A stretch of 64,000 nt of DNA from Cenarchaeum sp. Its GTDB lineage: Archaea; Thermoproteota; Nitrososphaeria; Nitrososphaerales; Nitrosopumilaceae. Below, piece by piece: positions 16,506 to 27,971 of this stretch. A model generated the notes under the pieces. It was given only the letters and a program-made list of their open reading frames with translations, searched no databases and was not told where the DNA came from. The stretch is from NCBI GenBank assembly GCA_965242695.1, contig CBDESU010000002.1, forward strand, positions 1,611,136 to 1,675,135. The letters are read 5' to 3'. The stretch's first letter is position 1. Every line of letters begins with the position of its first letter. The translations under genes were made by a program, and so were the position numbers.

Positions 16506-19500
16506 ATGGTTATAGGCAAGTGCATGCGCCGCGGTGCGATGGCGGGCGCCCTCGTGCACGCGGCCGGCGTTGCCGCCCTTGCATGCCTTGCGGCGCTGGC
16601 CGCCGCAGCCGCGCTGCCTGATGCGGCGCATGCCCAGGGACCGCCGGACTCGGATGCGCCGTCGATCGTCTCGGTCGACGCGACAAGGGTCTTGACGGGG
16701 CCGGACTCGTCGGCCGTGTACGTCTCGGTCATGTTCAACGAGACGGTGCGCGTGCAGCCCGATCCCGACTCGGCGCCGCCGGCAGTGCGGGTTGTGGTGG
16801 CGGGCGAGCCGGCGGAGGCCGCATACGCGTCGCTGTCAAGCGACAACAAGACGGTCGTGTTCAGGTACGACTCGAACCAGGCAGGGAGCGGCCCGGCCGC
16901 CGGCTATGTCACGTACGCCTCTGCCATGCCGTTTGCGCTCAACAACGGCTCGATCACGGATGAGGCAGGCAACGCCGCCGACTTGGAGATGCCCCGCATA
17001 GCCGCCAGGCTGGACTCTGCCGCAGTCACGGCCGGCAACGAGATGCTCGTAGCGTACTCGATGCCCGCGTATGCATCGCCGTCGGACTATGCGAACCTGA
17101 CGCTCGTGCCGGGCGGGCCGCGGACGGTCACGGCGGTGGCCGGCAACGGGACGACCGAGCATGTCCTTACGTTCGGCGGCGCGCCGGCGCCGATCGGCGC
17201 GACCGCAACAATGGACGTGGCCGAGCTTGGCGACCGCCCGCCCGCGTACTTTGCCGGCGCGTCCGGCGTGCGGGTGGACGACGGCCGCGAGGGGTTTACA
17301 ATCGCCGGCTACATCGGGGATCCATTCCCCGTACCACTCCAGTCGCCGTCCGGCCTGGCCGAGGGGGCGGACGGCACGATCGTAGTCGCCGACACGCTAG
17401 GAGGCCACGTTGCCGTGTACCGCGAGGACGGCACGTTCGTCAGGGAGATGGGGACAAAGGGATACATCGACACCAGGCTGGTCGCAGACCCGGCCGACCA
17501 GGGCAAGATATACAGGGACCTGGGAACGCAGGGGTATGTCGACGACTCGTCGCTCGGCTTTGAGTTTTTGTCGTCAAACCGGGGGCACTCCGCCAGCCGC
17601 AGGGAATCGACGTGAGGAACGGCACCGTGTACGTCGCCGACATGCGCAACCTCCGCGTGCAGGCGCTAGACGAGGTGACCGGCAGGAGCACTCAGACGTA
17701 CCAGGTGTGGGCCAATCCGTACGGCGTGGCGCTGTCCCCCGACGGCGCCACACTGGCCGTGGCCGCCTCGCCGTGGAACATAGTCAGCCTGGTCAACACG
17801 AGCGCGGCGCTGCCGACCGAACGGATTGGCGGCGGCAACGCGTCCCCCGGTAAGCCCCACTGCCCTCCCCGCCTCATGTGCGATCCGGGATTGGGCAACA
17901 ACGAGCTCCGCTTCCCGCTTTCCGCCGCATTCGCCGCCAACGGCACAATGTACGTAGCCGACACAATCAACGAGCGCATCCAGGTGTTCGCCCCGAACGG
18001 CACGTACCTGTCGTCGATTATGATGCCGCCGCTCCCGGGAGGCGAGGCCAACTCGACGGAGCGCGGCCAGCCGAACCGCCTAGACGTCATCGACGCGTCG
18101 GGGACGATACTCGTAAGCGACGGGCTTGGAAGGGCGGTCTACGAGCTCGACGGCGCCGGCGGCATCGTCCGCCAGTTCGGCGGCCCAGACCTCTACGACC
18201 TGCCGCGGGGCGTGCTCGCGCACAGCAGCGGCATGGTCTACGTGGCAGACGGCGGCACCGACAGCATAATCGCGTTCAACGCCGACGGCACGCTCAACGC
18301 GACGATCGTCTCTGCGCTGCACGGCCCGCTAGAGTTCGGGGCGCTGTTCGGCATTGCGGTCGAGCCCGACGGCCGGATCGTCGTCGTCGACGGCGGCAAC
18401 GACCGCGTCCAGTTCGTCAGGCGGGCCGACAACGGCACGTACGTGCACGACGGGTCGTTCGGCGAGCGCGGATCGGGCGACGGCCAGATGTGGTTCCCCG
18501 CCGGCACCGCCATTGCGCCCAACGGGGACATACTCGTAGCCGACCACACCAACAACCGTGTGCAGCGGTTCGATGCCGACGGCGCGTACAAGTCGCAGTT
18601 CAACGTCACGACGGCGGACGGCCGGCAGGTGCCCCCGCGCGGGATTGCAGTGGACTCGGACGGCTCGATCTACGTCGCCTCGATCCGGATTGGCGCCATA
18701 CTAAAGTTCTCGCCCGACGGCAGCCTTGTCCAGTCGCTAAACGCATCGGGCCAGCTCCGGGCGCCGACCAGCCTGGACCTGGGGCCCGACGGCTCGCTGT
18801 ACGTCGTCGACGCGGACGCGGGGACGATCCGCGTCATTGATGCCGACGGCTCGCTCCTGCTCAACGCCGGCGTGCCGGCGCAGCCGGGCTTTTACTTCCG
18901 GCCCGGGTGGCTCCAGGGCCCGCACGATGTCGCAGTCGACTCCAACGGCAGAATAATCGTCGCCGACACGGGCCACGACCGCCTGCAGGTATTCGACCAC
19001 GCCGGCGGGTTCGTCATGTCCGCCGGCACGTTCGGGTTCTGCCCGCACCCCGACTGCCTGGGGCACGGCATCCAGTTCGACCAGCCGTTCGGGGTGGTGA
19101 TGGGCCCCGACGGCCTAGTATACGTCGCCGACACGCGCAACCACCGCGTCGTCGCGCTAGAGCCGCGCGACGCCGCCGCGCCGTCCATAGTGTCCGTCGA
19201 TACGACAAGGGTACTGACAGGGCCGAGCATGTCCAGCGTGTACGTCTCGGTCGTATTCGACGAGCCGATGCGCGTGTACGAGCGCCCCGACTCGGCGCCG
19301 CCGGCCGTCCGGATAGCAATCGCCGGCGAGCCCGCAGAGGCCGCGTACGAGTCGGGGTCGGGCACCGAGACGCTCGTGTTCCGCCACGCCTCGGGCCAGC
19401 CCGGAAGCGGCCCTGCGGACGGCTATGTCACATACGCCTCGGCCATGCCGTTTGCGCTCAACAACGGCTCGATCACGGATCTGGCCGGCAACAGGGCCGA

Positions 19501-22500
19501 CCTGACAGTGCCCCGCATCGATGCAAAGATGGACTATGCGGCCCTCACGGCCGCCAACGAGATCACCGTGGCGTACTCGATGCCCGCGTACGCCTCTCCC
19601 GCGGACTATGCGAACCTGGCACTAGAGCCGGGCGGGCCGCGCGCGGTAGTGTCGGTGGCCGGCAGCGGGACGACCGAGCACGTCGTCGCGTTCGGCGGCG
19701 CGCCGGCGCCGATCGGCGCGACCGCAGTGATGGACGTGGCCGAGCTCGCCGGCCGCCCGCCCGCATACTTTGCCGGCGAGTCCGGCGTGCGGGTGGCCGA
19801 CGGCCGCGAGGGGTTTGCGATCGTCGGCCACGTCGGGGATCCCTTCCCCGTGCAGCTCCAGGCGCCGACGGCCCTGGCAGAGGGGGCGGACGGCACAATT
19901 GTAGTCGCCGACACGCTCGGAGGCCACGTTGCCGTGTACCGCGAGGACGGCACGTTCGTAAGGGAGATGGGGACAAAGGGCTACATCGACACCGCCCTGG
20001 TCGCCGACCCTGCCGACCAGAATGCGATATACGGGGAGCTGATAGGGCGCGGGTACGTCGGCGCCTCGTCGCCGGGACTAGACTTTCTGTCGTCGAACCC
20101 CGGGGCGTTCCGCCAGCCGCAGGGGGTCGACGTTCGGGACGGCGTCGTGTACGTCTCCGACATGCGCAACCTCCGCGTGCAGGCAGTCGACGAGGTGACG
20201 GGTCGTCATATTGAGACGTACCCGACATGGTTCAACCCGTACGGCATGGCCCTGTCCCCCGACGGCGGCACCATGGCAGTGACCTCGCCGATCTGGAACC
20301 TGGTCAGCCTGGTCAACACGACCACGGGGCTGCCGCACGGCATGATCGGAGGCGGCGGCGCGGCCGGCGCCGTCCACTGCCCTCCCCGCCTTGCATGCCC
20401 GCCGGGATCGGGCGATGGCGAGTTCTGGTTCCCGCTGTCCATAGCCGTGGCCGGCGACGGCACAATGTACGTCGCCGACACGTACAACGAGCGCATCCAG
20501 GCGTTTGCCCCGAACGGCACGCACCTGTCGTCCATTCCGATGCCGCCGCTCCCTGTAGGCGATGCCGACTCGGCGGCGCGCGGCCAGCCGTACCGCCTGG
20601 ACGTCAACGACGCGGCCGGGACGATACTTGTAAGCGACGGGCTTGCAAGGACGGTCTACGAGCTGAACGGCACGGGCGGCATCGTCCGCCAGTTCGGCGG
20701 CCACGACCTCTACGACCTGCCGCAGGGCGTGCTCGCGCACAGCAGCGGCATGGTCTACGTGGCAGACGGCGGCGCCGACAGCATAATCGCGTTCAACGCC
20801 GACGGCACGCTCAACGCGACGATCGTCTCGGCACTGCACGGCCCGCTCGAGTTTGGCTCGCTGATTGGAATCGCAGTCGCGCCCGACGGCCGGATCGTCG
20901 TCGCCGACAGCGGCAACGACCGCGTCCAGTTCGTCCGGCGGGCCGGCAACGGGACGTACGTGCACGACGGGTCGTTTGGCGAGAGCGGCTCGGGCGACGG
21001 CCAGGTGTCGTTCCCCGCCGGCACCGCCATTGCGCCCAACGGCGACATCGTCGTAGCCGATTATCTCAACGACCGCGTGCAGAGGTTCGACTCGGCCGGC
21101 GCGTACAAGTCGCAGTTCAACGTCACGACGGCCGACGGCCGGTCCGTGCCCCCGCGCGGGATCGCCATGGGGACCAACGGCTCGATCTACGTCGCCTCGA
21201 ACCTGGCCGATGCGGTGCTGGAGTTCTCTTCCGACGGCTCCCTGGTGCGGTCGCTCAACGCCTCGGGCCTGTTCCAGGCGCCGACCAGCCTCGACATTGG
21301 CCCCGACGGCTCGATCTATGTCGTCGACGCCGACGCGGCGACTGTCCGCGTCCTTGATGCCGACGGCTCGCAGCTGTTCAGCGTCGGAGTGCCGGCGCAG
21401 CCGGGCTTTTTCTTCCGGCCCGGCTGGCTCCAGGTCCCGGACGACGTGGCAGTCGACGCCAACGGCAGAATAATCGTGGCCGACACGGGCCACGACCGCC
21501 TGCAGGTCTTCGACCACGCCGGCGGGTTCGTCATGTCTGCCGGCGCGTTCGGGTTCTGCCCGCACCCCGACTGCCTGGGCCACGGCATCCAGTTCGACCA
21601 GCCGTTCGGCGTGACGACGGGCCCCGACGGCCTCGTGTACGTGGCCGACACGCGCAACCACCGCGTCGTCGTCCTAGAGCCGCGCGATGCCGATGCACCG
21701 TCGATAGTATCCGTCGATGCGACAAGGGTGTCGACCGGCCCGGATGCGTCATACGTGTACGTCTCGGTCACGTTCGACGAGCCGATGCGCGTGTACCAGC
21801 GCCCCGACTCGGCGCCACCTGCGGTCCGGATATCCATTGCCGGCGGGCCCGCAGAGGCCGCATACGCCTCGGGGTCGGGCACCGAAACGCTCGTGTTTCG
21901 CCACGCCTCCGATCAGGCCGTGAGCGGCCCGGCGGACGGCTACGTCACGTACGCCTCGGCCGAGCCGTTTGCGCTCAACAACGGATCAATCACGGACGCG
22001 GCCGGCAACCGCGCCGACCTGTCGATGCCGCGCATAGAGGCACGGCTGGAGTCGGCCGCCGTCGCGTCGGGCAACGAGGTCCTCGTCGCGTACTCGAGGC
22101 CGGCCTACGCCTCGCCCTCGGACTATGCGAACCTGACGCTCATGCCGGGCGGGCCGCGGACGGTCACGGCGGTGGCCGGCAATGGGACGACCGAGCACGT
22201 CCTCGCATTCGACGGCGCGCCGGCTGCGATCGGCGCCACTGCTTCCATGGACATTGCAGAGCTCGCGGACCGCCCGCCGGCATACTTTGCAGGCGCATCC
22301 GGCATGCGGGTCGACGACGGCCGCGAGGGGTTTGCGATCGCCGGCCATATCGGGGATCCCTTCCCCGTGCAGCTCCAGTCGCCGTCCGACCTGGCAGAGG
22401 GGGCGGACGGCACAATCGTAGTCGCCGACACGCTCGGAGGCCACGTTGCCATGTACCGCGAGGACGGCACATTCGTAAGGGAGATGGGAACAAAGGGCTA

Positions 22501-25500
22501 CCTTGACACCTCCCTGGTCGCCTACCCTGCAGACCAGAATGCGATATACGGGGAGCTGGCAAGGCGGGGCTACGTCGGCCCCTCGTCGCCGGGCCTCGAC
22601 TACCTGTCGTCAAACCCCGGGGCGTTCCGCCAGCCGCAGGGGCTCGACGTTCGGGACGGCGTCGTGTACGTCGCCGACACGCGCAACCTCCGCGTGCAGG
22701 CCGTCGACGAGGTGACCGGCAGGCACCTTCAGACGTACCAGGTGTGGTCCAACCCGTACGGTGTGGCGCTGTCCCCCGACGGCGCCACCATGGCAGTGAC
22801 CTCGATCTGGAACCTGGTCCTCCTGGTCAACGCGACCACGGGGCTGCCGTACGACATGATCGGCGGCGGCGCGGCCGGCGCGACCAACTGCCCTTCCCGC
22901 TTGGCATGCCTGCCGGGCTCGGCCGAGGGCGAGTTCCGGTCCCCGCTGTCCATCGCCGTGTCTGGCAACGGCACGATGTACGTCGCCGACACGTACAACG
23001 AGCGCATCCAGGCGTTCGCCCCGAACGGCACGCACCTGTCGTCGATTCCAATGCCGCCGCTCCCTGGAGGCGATGCCAACTCGACGGCGCGCGGCCAGCC
23101 GTACCGCCTGGACGTCAACGAGGCGGCCGGGACGATACTCGTAAGCGACGGGCTCGCAGGGACGGTCTACGAGCTCGACGGCGCCGGCGGCGTCGTCCGC
23201 CAGTTCGGCAGCCCGGGCCCCTACGACCAGCCGCAGGGCGTGCTCGCGCACAGCAGCGGCATGGTCTACGTCGCCGACGTCGACTCGGACATGATAATCG
23301 CGTTCAACGCCGACGGGACCCTCAACGGGACGATCGTCTCGGACGCGCACGGCCCGCTAGAGTTCGGCGAGATATTCGGCATTGCGGTCGAGCCCGACGG
23401 CCGGATTGTCGTCGCCGACGGCGGCAACGACCGCGTCCAGTTCGTCCGGCGGGCCGGCAACGGGACGTACGTGCACGACGGGTCGTTCGGCGAACGCGGC
23501 TCGGGCGACGGCCAGATGTGGTTCCCGACCGGCACGGCCATTGCGCCCAACGGCGACATACTCGTGGCCGACTATGTCAACGACCGCGTGCAGAGGTTCG
23601 ACTCGGCCGGCGCGTACAAGTCGCAGTTCAACGTCACGACGGCGGACGGCAGGTTGGTGCCCCCGCGCGGGATCGCCATGGGGACCAACGGCTCGATCTA
23701 CGTCGTCTCGAACCTGGCCGGCGCGGTGCTCGAGTTCTCGCCCAACGGCTCCCTGGTGCGGTCGCTCAACGCATCGGGCCTGTTCCGGGCACCGACCGGC
23801 CTCGACATCGGCCCCGACGGCTCGATCTACGTCGTCGACTCGGACGCGGCGACTGTACGCGTCCTTGATGCCGACGGCTCGCCGCTGTTCAGCGTCGGCG
23901 AGCCGGGGCAGCTGGGATTCTTCTTCCGGCCCGGGTGGCTCCAGATCCCGGGCGACGTGGCAGTCGACGACAACGGCCGCATCATCGTAGTCGACACGGG
24001 CCACGACCGCCTGCAGGTCTTCGACCACGCCGGCGGGTTCGTCATGTCCGCCGGCACGTTCGGGTTCTGCCCGCACCCAGACTGCCTGGGCCACGGCATC
24101 CAGTTCGACCAGCCGTTCGGCGTGACGGTGGGGCCCGACGGCCTCGTCTACGTCGCCGACACGCGCAACCACCGCGTCGTGGCGCTCGAGCCGCGCGATG
24201 CCGATGCGCCGTCGATCGTGTCGGCCGCATCCGCCGTCAACGCCACGACGGGGTCGGCGACCGTCTCGGTCGTATTCGACGAGCCGATGCGCGTGTACCA
24301 GCGCCCCGACTCGGCGCCGCCGTCCGTCCGGATCACAGTTGGCGGCGAGCCCGCAGAGGCCGCGTACGCGTCGGGGTCGGGCAGCGCAACGCTCGTATTC
24401 CGGCATGTTCCGGCGCAGGACGGCGGCGGCTCTGGGGGCGGGAGCGTAGGGTACGCCTCGGCAGAGCCGTTTGCGCTCAACAACGGCTCGATCACGGATG
24501 CGGCCGGCAATCGCGCCGACCTGTCGATGCCGCCCATGCCGGATCCGGAAGAGGGCGGCGCGCGGGATGCAGAGCCAGTTGTAGTAGTGGTCCCGCCGCC
24601 GGCGCCCGGCCCGGCCGCCGGGCAGTTCTTCGGCGGCGGCGGAGGGGGCGGCGGAGGGGGCGGCGGCGGCGGAGGCTCCTCCGTACTTGCCCCGTCCACA
24701 TCCGGCGCAGTCTCTGTCGATTCCGTCTCGTGGGACTGCGACGAGGGGACGATGCGGATCGCGGTCGGCGTGGCGGGCGGATCTGGCGCGTCCGTGCGGC
24801 CGGACGTCGAGGTCATGTCTCCGGCCGGAACGGTGGCGGCAAGTGCGGCCGATCGGCAGGCACCAGGCAGCAGCACGTTCGCATACGAGGCGTCCCTGCC
24901 GGAGGACACGCTCCTGCTGATCCGGGCATCGCTTGTCGACGGGCGCACCGTCCATTCCGTATCCGAGACCGTCCGCACGGACGGGAGGTGCACCGGCGAG
25001 GTGGTCTTTGCGCAGGCCGGAACGGACGCCCCGGCGCCGCCAGAGGCGCCGCCAGAGGCGCCGCAGGCCGGCGCTGATGCCGCAGCCGGCGACGACGTGG
25101 CCGAGGCCGAGGCGGGGATGGACGAGGCGGAGGAAGAGGATCACCCGCACCCGCACCCGCACCCGCACGAGCCTGCCGATGCTGCGCCAGGCGGAGAGAT
25201 GCCAAGCGCAGAGATGCCGGGCGAGGAGACGGCGGGCGATGCGATGCCCCCGATGCCGCCGCCGGCCGAGCCCGCGGACGCTCAAGATGCGCCGCCGGCC
25301 GAGCCCGCGATGCCTGTAGGCGGCACACCTGCCGGGGACGACGGGGATGCTGCGCCGTCCGACGCCGCCGCCGGGCCGCCGGCTGCCCAGCCGGACGCGG
25401 AGGGCGGCGGCTGCCTGATCGCAACTGCCGCCTACGGGACCGAGCTTGCCCCGCAGGTGCAGGCGCTGCGCGAGTTCCGCGACGGCCAGCTGCTCTCGAC

Positions 25501-25777
25501 GGGCGCCGGCTCTGCGCTCATGGCCTCGTTCAACACGGCGTACTATGCCGTCTCCCCGCAGATGGCCGACTTGGAGCGCGAGCACCCGGCCCTTCGCGAC
25601 GCCGTCCGCCTTGCAATCGCGCCCGTGCTGCACGCAGCCCACGCCGCCTCGCAGGCCGTGGAGGCATCCGTAGACGGCGCCGCCTACGCGGCCGCCTTTG
25701 CCTCGCTGCTTGCCGCCGCGTGCGTTGCCGCCCCGTCCGCCGTTGCCTCCCGCCATGCGCGCCGGCCCTCCTCGTGA
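16506..25777 (+). CDS. Giant NHL-repeat surface protein with CFI-box-CTERM anchor; reading frame broken once at ~17580
   Basis: Signal peptide (AAHA-Q) and many NHL repeats (P.GVAV.PDG.IYVADT.N.RVQ.F), then poly-Gly, an acidic Pro linker, GGGCLIATAAYGTELAPQVQALREFRD and a TM helix. ORFs 16506-17615 and 17612-25777 join if one base is restored in AAC-CGG (other copies read AAC CCC GGG). Confidence 0.88.
16653..24540 (+). repeat. Three tandem ~2.52-kb units plus a partial fourth
   Basis: Unit starts (x-APSIVS) at 16653, 19175, 21692 and 24203; periods 2522, 2517, 2511. Confidence 0.9.
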
Positions 25778-25902
25778 GGGGGCCTGGCACCCGGCCGCAT
25801 CCGTCCCCGCACGCACGCCCGCCCGCCGGGCGGCTGATCCGCGCCACACGGCTGTCGCCCGCCCGGAAACACAGATAACGCCAGCGCCGCGCCGCCGCGC
25901 GC

Positions 25903-26409
25903 ATGGGCGGCTCCGTCGAGGGCGGCGCGGGCGCCGAGCAGTTCTCCGTGCGCGGCGTCACACCGGGCGACCTGATCTCCGTCATCGAGATCAACCTAAA
26001 GACGCTGCCCGAGCACTACTCGGACTACTTTTACGAGAGCCTGCTCGCCGAGCTGCCCGAGGCGTTCCTGCTCGCCGAGGCCGGCACAAAGGCTGTAGGC
26101 TACATCATGTGCAAGACCGAGTACGGATTCTCGAACTTTAGAAAGCTCGGCTTCGTCAAGAAGGGCCACCTCGTCTCGGTCGCCGTCGTGCGCACCCACA
26201 GGGGCATGGGGGTCGGCAAGGCGCTCGTGTGCAGGGCCGTAGAGGGCGTGCGCTCGCGCAAGTGCGACGAGCTGTACCTGGAGGTGAGGTGCAGTAACAC
26301 GATCGCCGTGCGCATGTACGAGGAGATGGGGTTCTCCATACGGCAGCGCCTCGGCACATACTACAAGGACGGCGAGGACGCATTCCTCATGTCGATCGAG
26401 CTGCGGTAG
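25903..26409 (+). CDS. ard1: N-terminal acetyltransferase Ard1/RimI
   Basis: INLKTLPEHY, GYIMC, KGHLVSVAV...RGMGVG, LYLEVRCSN, YYKDGEDA. Confidence 0.92.
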   Translation: MGGSVEGGAGAEQFSVRGVTPGDLISVIEINLKTLPEHYSDYFYESLLAELPEAFLLAEAGTKAVGYIMCKTEYGFSNFRKLGFVKKGHLVSVAVVRTHRGMGVGKALVCRAVEGVRSRKCDELYLEVRCSNTIAVRMYEEMGFSIRQRLGTYYKDGEDAFLMSIELR

Positions 26410-26721
26410 GGGGCGCGCCTAGACGGGGCCGGAGCAGGAGGCCGCAGATGCGGGCTGCCGCGCAGTGCCTGCAGTGCGCGCCGGGACGGGACGGCGGCCT
26501 GCACGCTCGCCGCTAGGCCCTGTTCGGGGTGCCGACGCCGTTGCTACCGCCGCTGCCGGCCACGCTCTGCAGGCGCTCGTCGTCGGGGGCCTCGTTGCCG
26601 AGTATGCGCAAAAACTCTTCATACCCTGCCCGAGCTGGCGCATCCATGTGACCCTTGTGCATGCGCCCCTCCCCTGCGCATCCTGCCTAGACTAATAACG
26701 CGCGCTCCCCGCGCCACTGCG

Positions 26722-27096
26722 ATGGGGCGGCGCAAGGCGGTTGGCGCGGCGATCTTTGCGCTGTCCATGGTCGGGTTCGTCGCGTACGCCTACCTCCTCA
26801 TGCTATCCGAGTGGAGCCCGATCGTGCTCCAGCTGTCCGTCATGATGATCGTCGGCGGCATACTCGGCGTCATCTCGTGGATAGGGTACACGATGGCCAC
26901 CACGCGCCCGTCCTCTTCGCTCGTGTACTTTGATCCCGCCGCGGCGTTTTCGCCCCCGCCGCAGGGCCCCGGCGCCCCGCGGGCCGGCGGCGAGGGTGCC
27001 GGCACGGATGGCGGCAAGGCCGATGCCCCCGGCCCGCCGGGCGGACCGCCGCGCCATCCCGGCGGCGGCCACGCCGCCGCGGGCGATGTCGCCTGA
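26722..27096 (+). CDS. Small two-TM membrane protein
   Basis: Two hydrophobic helices ending WIGYTMATT, followed by a low-complexity tail. Confidence 0.75.
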   Translation: MGRRKAVGAAIFALSMVGFVAYAYLLMLSEWSPIVLQLSVMMIVGGILGVISWIGYTMATTRPSSSLVYFDPAAAFSPPPQGPGAPRAGGEGAGTDGGKADAPGPPGGPPRHPGGGHAAAGDVA

Positions 27097-27110
27097 GTCG
27101 CCGCTCCGGC

Positions 27111-27971
27111 CTACTTTGAAATGACGGCGTCGACGACGGCCTGGTAGTACCTCGGGCCGATCGCCCTGACCACCTTCGAGCATGCGATCTCGGCGGGCAC
27201 CGGCGATGCCTCCCTGAACCGCCGCTCGGCCTCGGCCGGGGCGCCGGACTTTTTGTCGGCGTGGACGTGTGCATAGTAGTGGATCGTCCCGCCGTCGGCC
27301 GTGGCCCCGACCGCATCGGACAGGAACTCGTCGGATCTCTCGGGCAGCAGCATGAGGGTCCGGTCGGCCCGGAGGCGCGGCCCGTCCCCCACGCCGAACA
27401 TGGATGCGGCCACCTCCCTGGCATCGCCGTGCACGGACACGACGCTCCCCCTCATCCTCCTTGCGTTGCGCGCCGCGTTGGCCTCGCACAGCCGCGCGGC
27501 CACGGGGTTTACGTCGACGCTGTACACGGCGCACCGCTCGGCCATGGCGGCCACTATCGAGAACGCGCCGACGCCGCCGAACATGTTCAGGATCGTCTCG
27601 CCGCCGGCAACGGCGCCGGCCACGCGCTGCCTCTCGGTCGCAAGCCTCGGCGAGAAGAACGCCTCGCGCACGTCGACCTCTAGGCGGCACCCGTGCTCTA
27701 CGTACAGTGCGACGGGCTCGTCGACGCCGGCGATCAGCTCCAGTCCCCTCGTCCGGTGCTCGCCGGACACGTCAGTCGACTGCGCGTACACGCTCCTTGC
27801 CGGCTTTACGGCGGCGAGCAGCGCGGCGCCGATCTCGGCGCGCCTGTGTTCAAGCGCGCCCGGCACCCTGACCACTATGACGTGGCCTATCTGGTCGAAG
27901 GCCGAGTACGCGAGGGCCGCCTCGCCGTCCCCGATCGCGCCGCGCAGCGCGGCCCTGAGCATGCGCGTCAT
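27111..27971 (-). CDS. trm5: Trm5/Taw2-family SAM-dependent tRNA methyltransferase
   Basis: SAFDQIG, EHGCRLEVD, FFSPRLATER, NMFGGVGAF, DVNP. ATGA overlap with the ABCE1 stop. Confidence 0.85.
   Translation of the reverse strand: MTRMLRAALRGAIGDGEAALAYSAFDQIGHVIVVRVPGALEHRRAEIGAALLAAVKPARSVYAQSTDVSGEHRTRGLELIAGVDEPVALYVEHGCRLEVDVREAFFSPRLATERQRVAGAVAGGETILNMFGGVGAFSIVAAMAERCAVYSVDVNPVAARLCEANAARNARRMRGSVVSVHGDAREVAASMFGVGDGPRLRADRTLMLLPERSDEFLSDAVGATADGGTIHYYAHVHADKKSGAPAEAERRFREASPVPAEIACSKVVRAIGPRYYQAVVDAVISK

Noticed and set aside
23357-25849. 830-aa minus-strand ORF and many similar long Arg/Ala/Gly-rich ORFs
   Set aside because: Shadow ORFs caused by stop-codon scarcity at very high GC, lying opposite or overlapping well-supported genes.
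26514-26647. 44-aa minus-strand ORF (MDAPARAGYEEFLRILGNE...)
   Set aside because: Plausible composition but no recognisable motif; not enough support to list.
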